Of a DNA stretch of 14,157 nt, positions 13,424-14,157 are shown piece after piece. Origin of the DNA: a virus. The DNA lies in the IMG/VR virus record IMGVR_UViG_3300050506_000139, positions 1 to 14,157 of that record; one strand, given 5' to 3'. The notes beneath the pieces were generated by a model. The model saw nothing but the letters and a program-made list of their open reading frames with translations, ran no database searches and was not told the DNA's origin. The stretch's first letter is position 1; every line of letters starts with the position of its first letter. A program made the position numbers and the translations under genes.

Positions 13424-14036
13424 CGGTGAGTTTCAGGGCGCCAACGCCGGATCCATTCGTACTCTTGATCTTGTTAGTGCTCGTGCTCGTGATCGTGCTC
13501 GTGATCGTGGCGCTACTTGAAGCCGTTTTGGCAACGGTGGTTGGCAACGACGGTTGGCAATCAGGGTTGGCAACCCGCTTGGCGTCCGCGATGGCGTCCG
13601 CGAAGATCTCATGGAAGATTGCCCGCAGGTCGCGATGCGCACCTCTGGTCAGTTTCTTGGCCTTGAACGTTGCCATGAACTTGTCTGCGGCTAGCAGGGC
13701 TTCGCTGCGGAGACGACAATCCGGCAGCTCGTCGTAGACCTCGCGCCAGAGCTGAATTGTCTTCGGGCTGGTAGGTGCGTTGTCCGCCATCGCCTCCGGT
13801 AGCCACACCAGCGGCGCGGACCAGTCCGCCTTGACGAATCCCGCGCGCTCCAGCTCACCGAAGCATTGCAAAAACGCGCCGAGGTCCCATGCAAGCGATT
13901 CCGCCAAACCGGCGCGGCCAGCGGAGAACAATCCAGGCAGCGCTCGGCGATGAGGACCGGTCAGCAAGTACAAATGAAGCAGCCGTGCATTGGGCGCGGG
14001 CGCCGGGAGGGACCGAAAACGCCGGTCCTGCCACAT
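13377..14036 (-). CDS. Replication-organiser-like (winged-helix) protein with S/T-rich linker; start uncertain
   Basis: From the ATG at 14036 the protein begins MWQDRRFRSLPAPAPNARLLHLYLLTGPHR...PGLF. This resembles the N-terminal pattern of phage replication-organiser / DnaD-like proteins, and it sits directly upstream of the DnaC-like gene. The track start (TTG 14126) would overlap the wrapped Xis-like gene. Confidence 0.45.
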   Translation of the reverse strand: MWQDRRFRSLPAPAPNARLLHLYLLTGPHRRALPGLFSAGRAGLAESLAWDLGAFLQCFGELERAGFVKADWSAPLVWLPEAMADNAPTSPKTIQLWREVYDELPDCRLRSEALLAADKFMATFKAKKLTRGAHRDLRAIFHEIFADAIADAKRVANPDCQPSLPTTVAKTASSSATITSTITSTSTNKIKSTNGSGVGALKLTDDRDYGPAGEQAIDD

Positions 14037-14157
14037 GCGAGAGCAAATGCGCCCGAAGAGCGGGGTCACGCGTCGTCCCCCGTCCTTTCGCGCGACAAGT
14101 AGGCATGCAGGTCTGCGCGTCGCCAACGGCGGTGGCTGCCGAGCTTCGACGCCAAGC
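14031..14157. repeat. Terminal direct repeat, copy 2 (identical to 1-127)
   Basis: Same comparison as copy 1. An exact end overlap is the usual signature of a circular contig from a de Bruijn assembler; true terminal redundancy is the alternative. Confidence 0.97.

Larger units (their letters stand above)
1..14030. mobile_element. Complete circular integrative phage-related element (14,030 bp unique), satellite-like gene content
   Basis: The exact 127-bp end overlap closes the circle. Carries integrase plus tRNA fragment, Xis-like HTH, replication genes, TerL and a fibre-like gene. No capsid or portal candidate is visible. Confidence 0.6.

Noticed and set aside
13477-13506. Five tandem hexamers GTG(C/A)TC as a regulatory repeat
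   Set aside because: They lie in frame inside the replication gene and simply encode a Thr-Ile / Thr-Ser low-complexity linker (TITSTITSTST). Slippage could vary their length, but they are not an independent element.

Overview
The window is a closed circle. Bases 1-127 are identical to 14031-14157, so the unique sequence is 14,030 bp and genes wrap across the window ends. By eye it is GC-rich. 22 of about 25 plausible genes lie on the minus strand, many joined by 1-4 nt stop/start overlaps.

The content is a small integrative, phage-related element:
- a tyrosine integrase, followed 7 nt later by a 41-nt 5' half of a tRNA-Arg(UCU);
- an excisionase-like HTH gene and two further small HTH regulators;
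- a replication-organiser-like gene and a DnaC/IstB-like AAA+ loader;
- a candidate small-terminase-like gene and two zinc-finger genes;
- a roughly 390-bp structured non-coding leader ending in hairpins and a U-tract;
- five small unknown genes and a 322-aa glycine-rich beta-helix (fibre-like) protein;
- a clear large terminase (TerL);
- a ribbon-helix-helix gene behind a dense operator array, and a Cys-rich HExxH lipoprotein.

I could not find any ORF long enough or of the right character to be a portal, major capsid, protease or tail tube. The most interesting reading is therefore a TerL-encoding, capsid-less, satellite-like hijacker element, a layout I do not recognise from described satellite families.

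Three plus-strand ORFs look like cargo. One is a more A/T-rich protein with two transmembrane helices and a GAF-like domain, followed by a small ORF next to the att region. The third is a signal-anchored protein sitting entirely antisense inside a stop-less 458-codon ORF.

All functional calls rest on motifs read by eye. No homology search, fold prediction or RNA folding was run.
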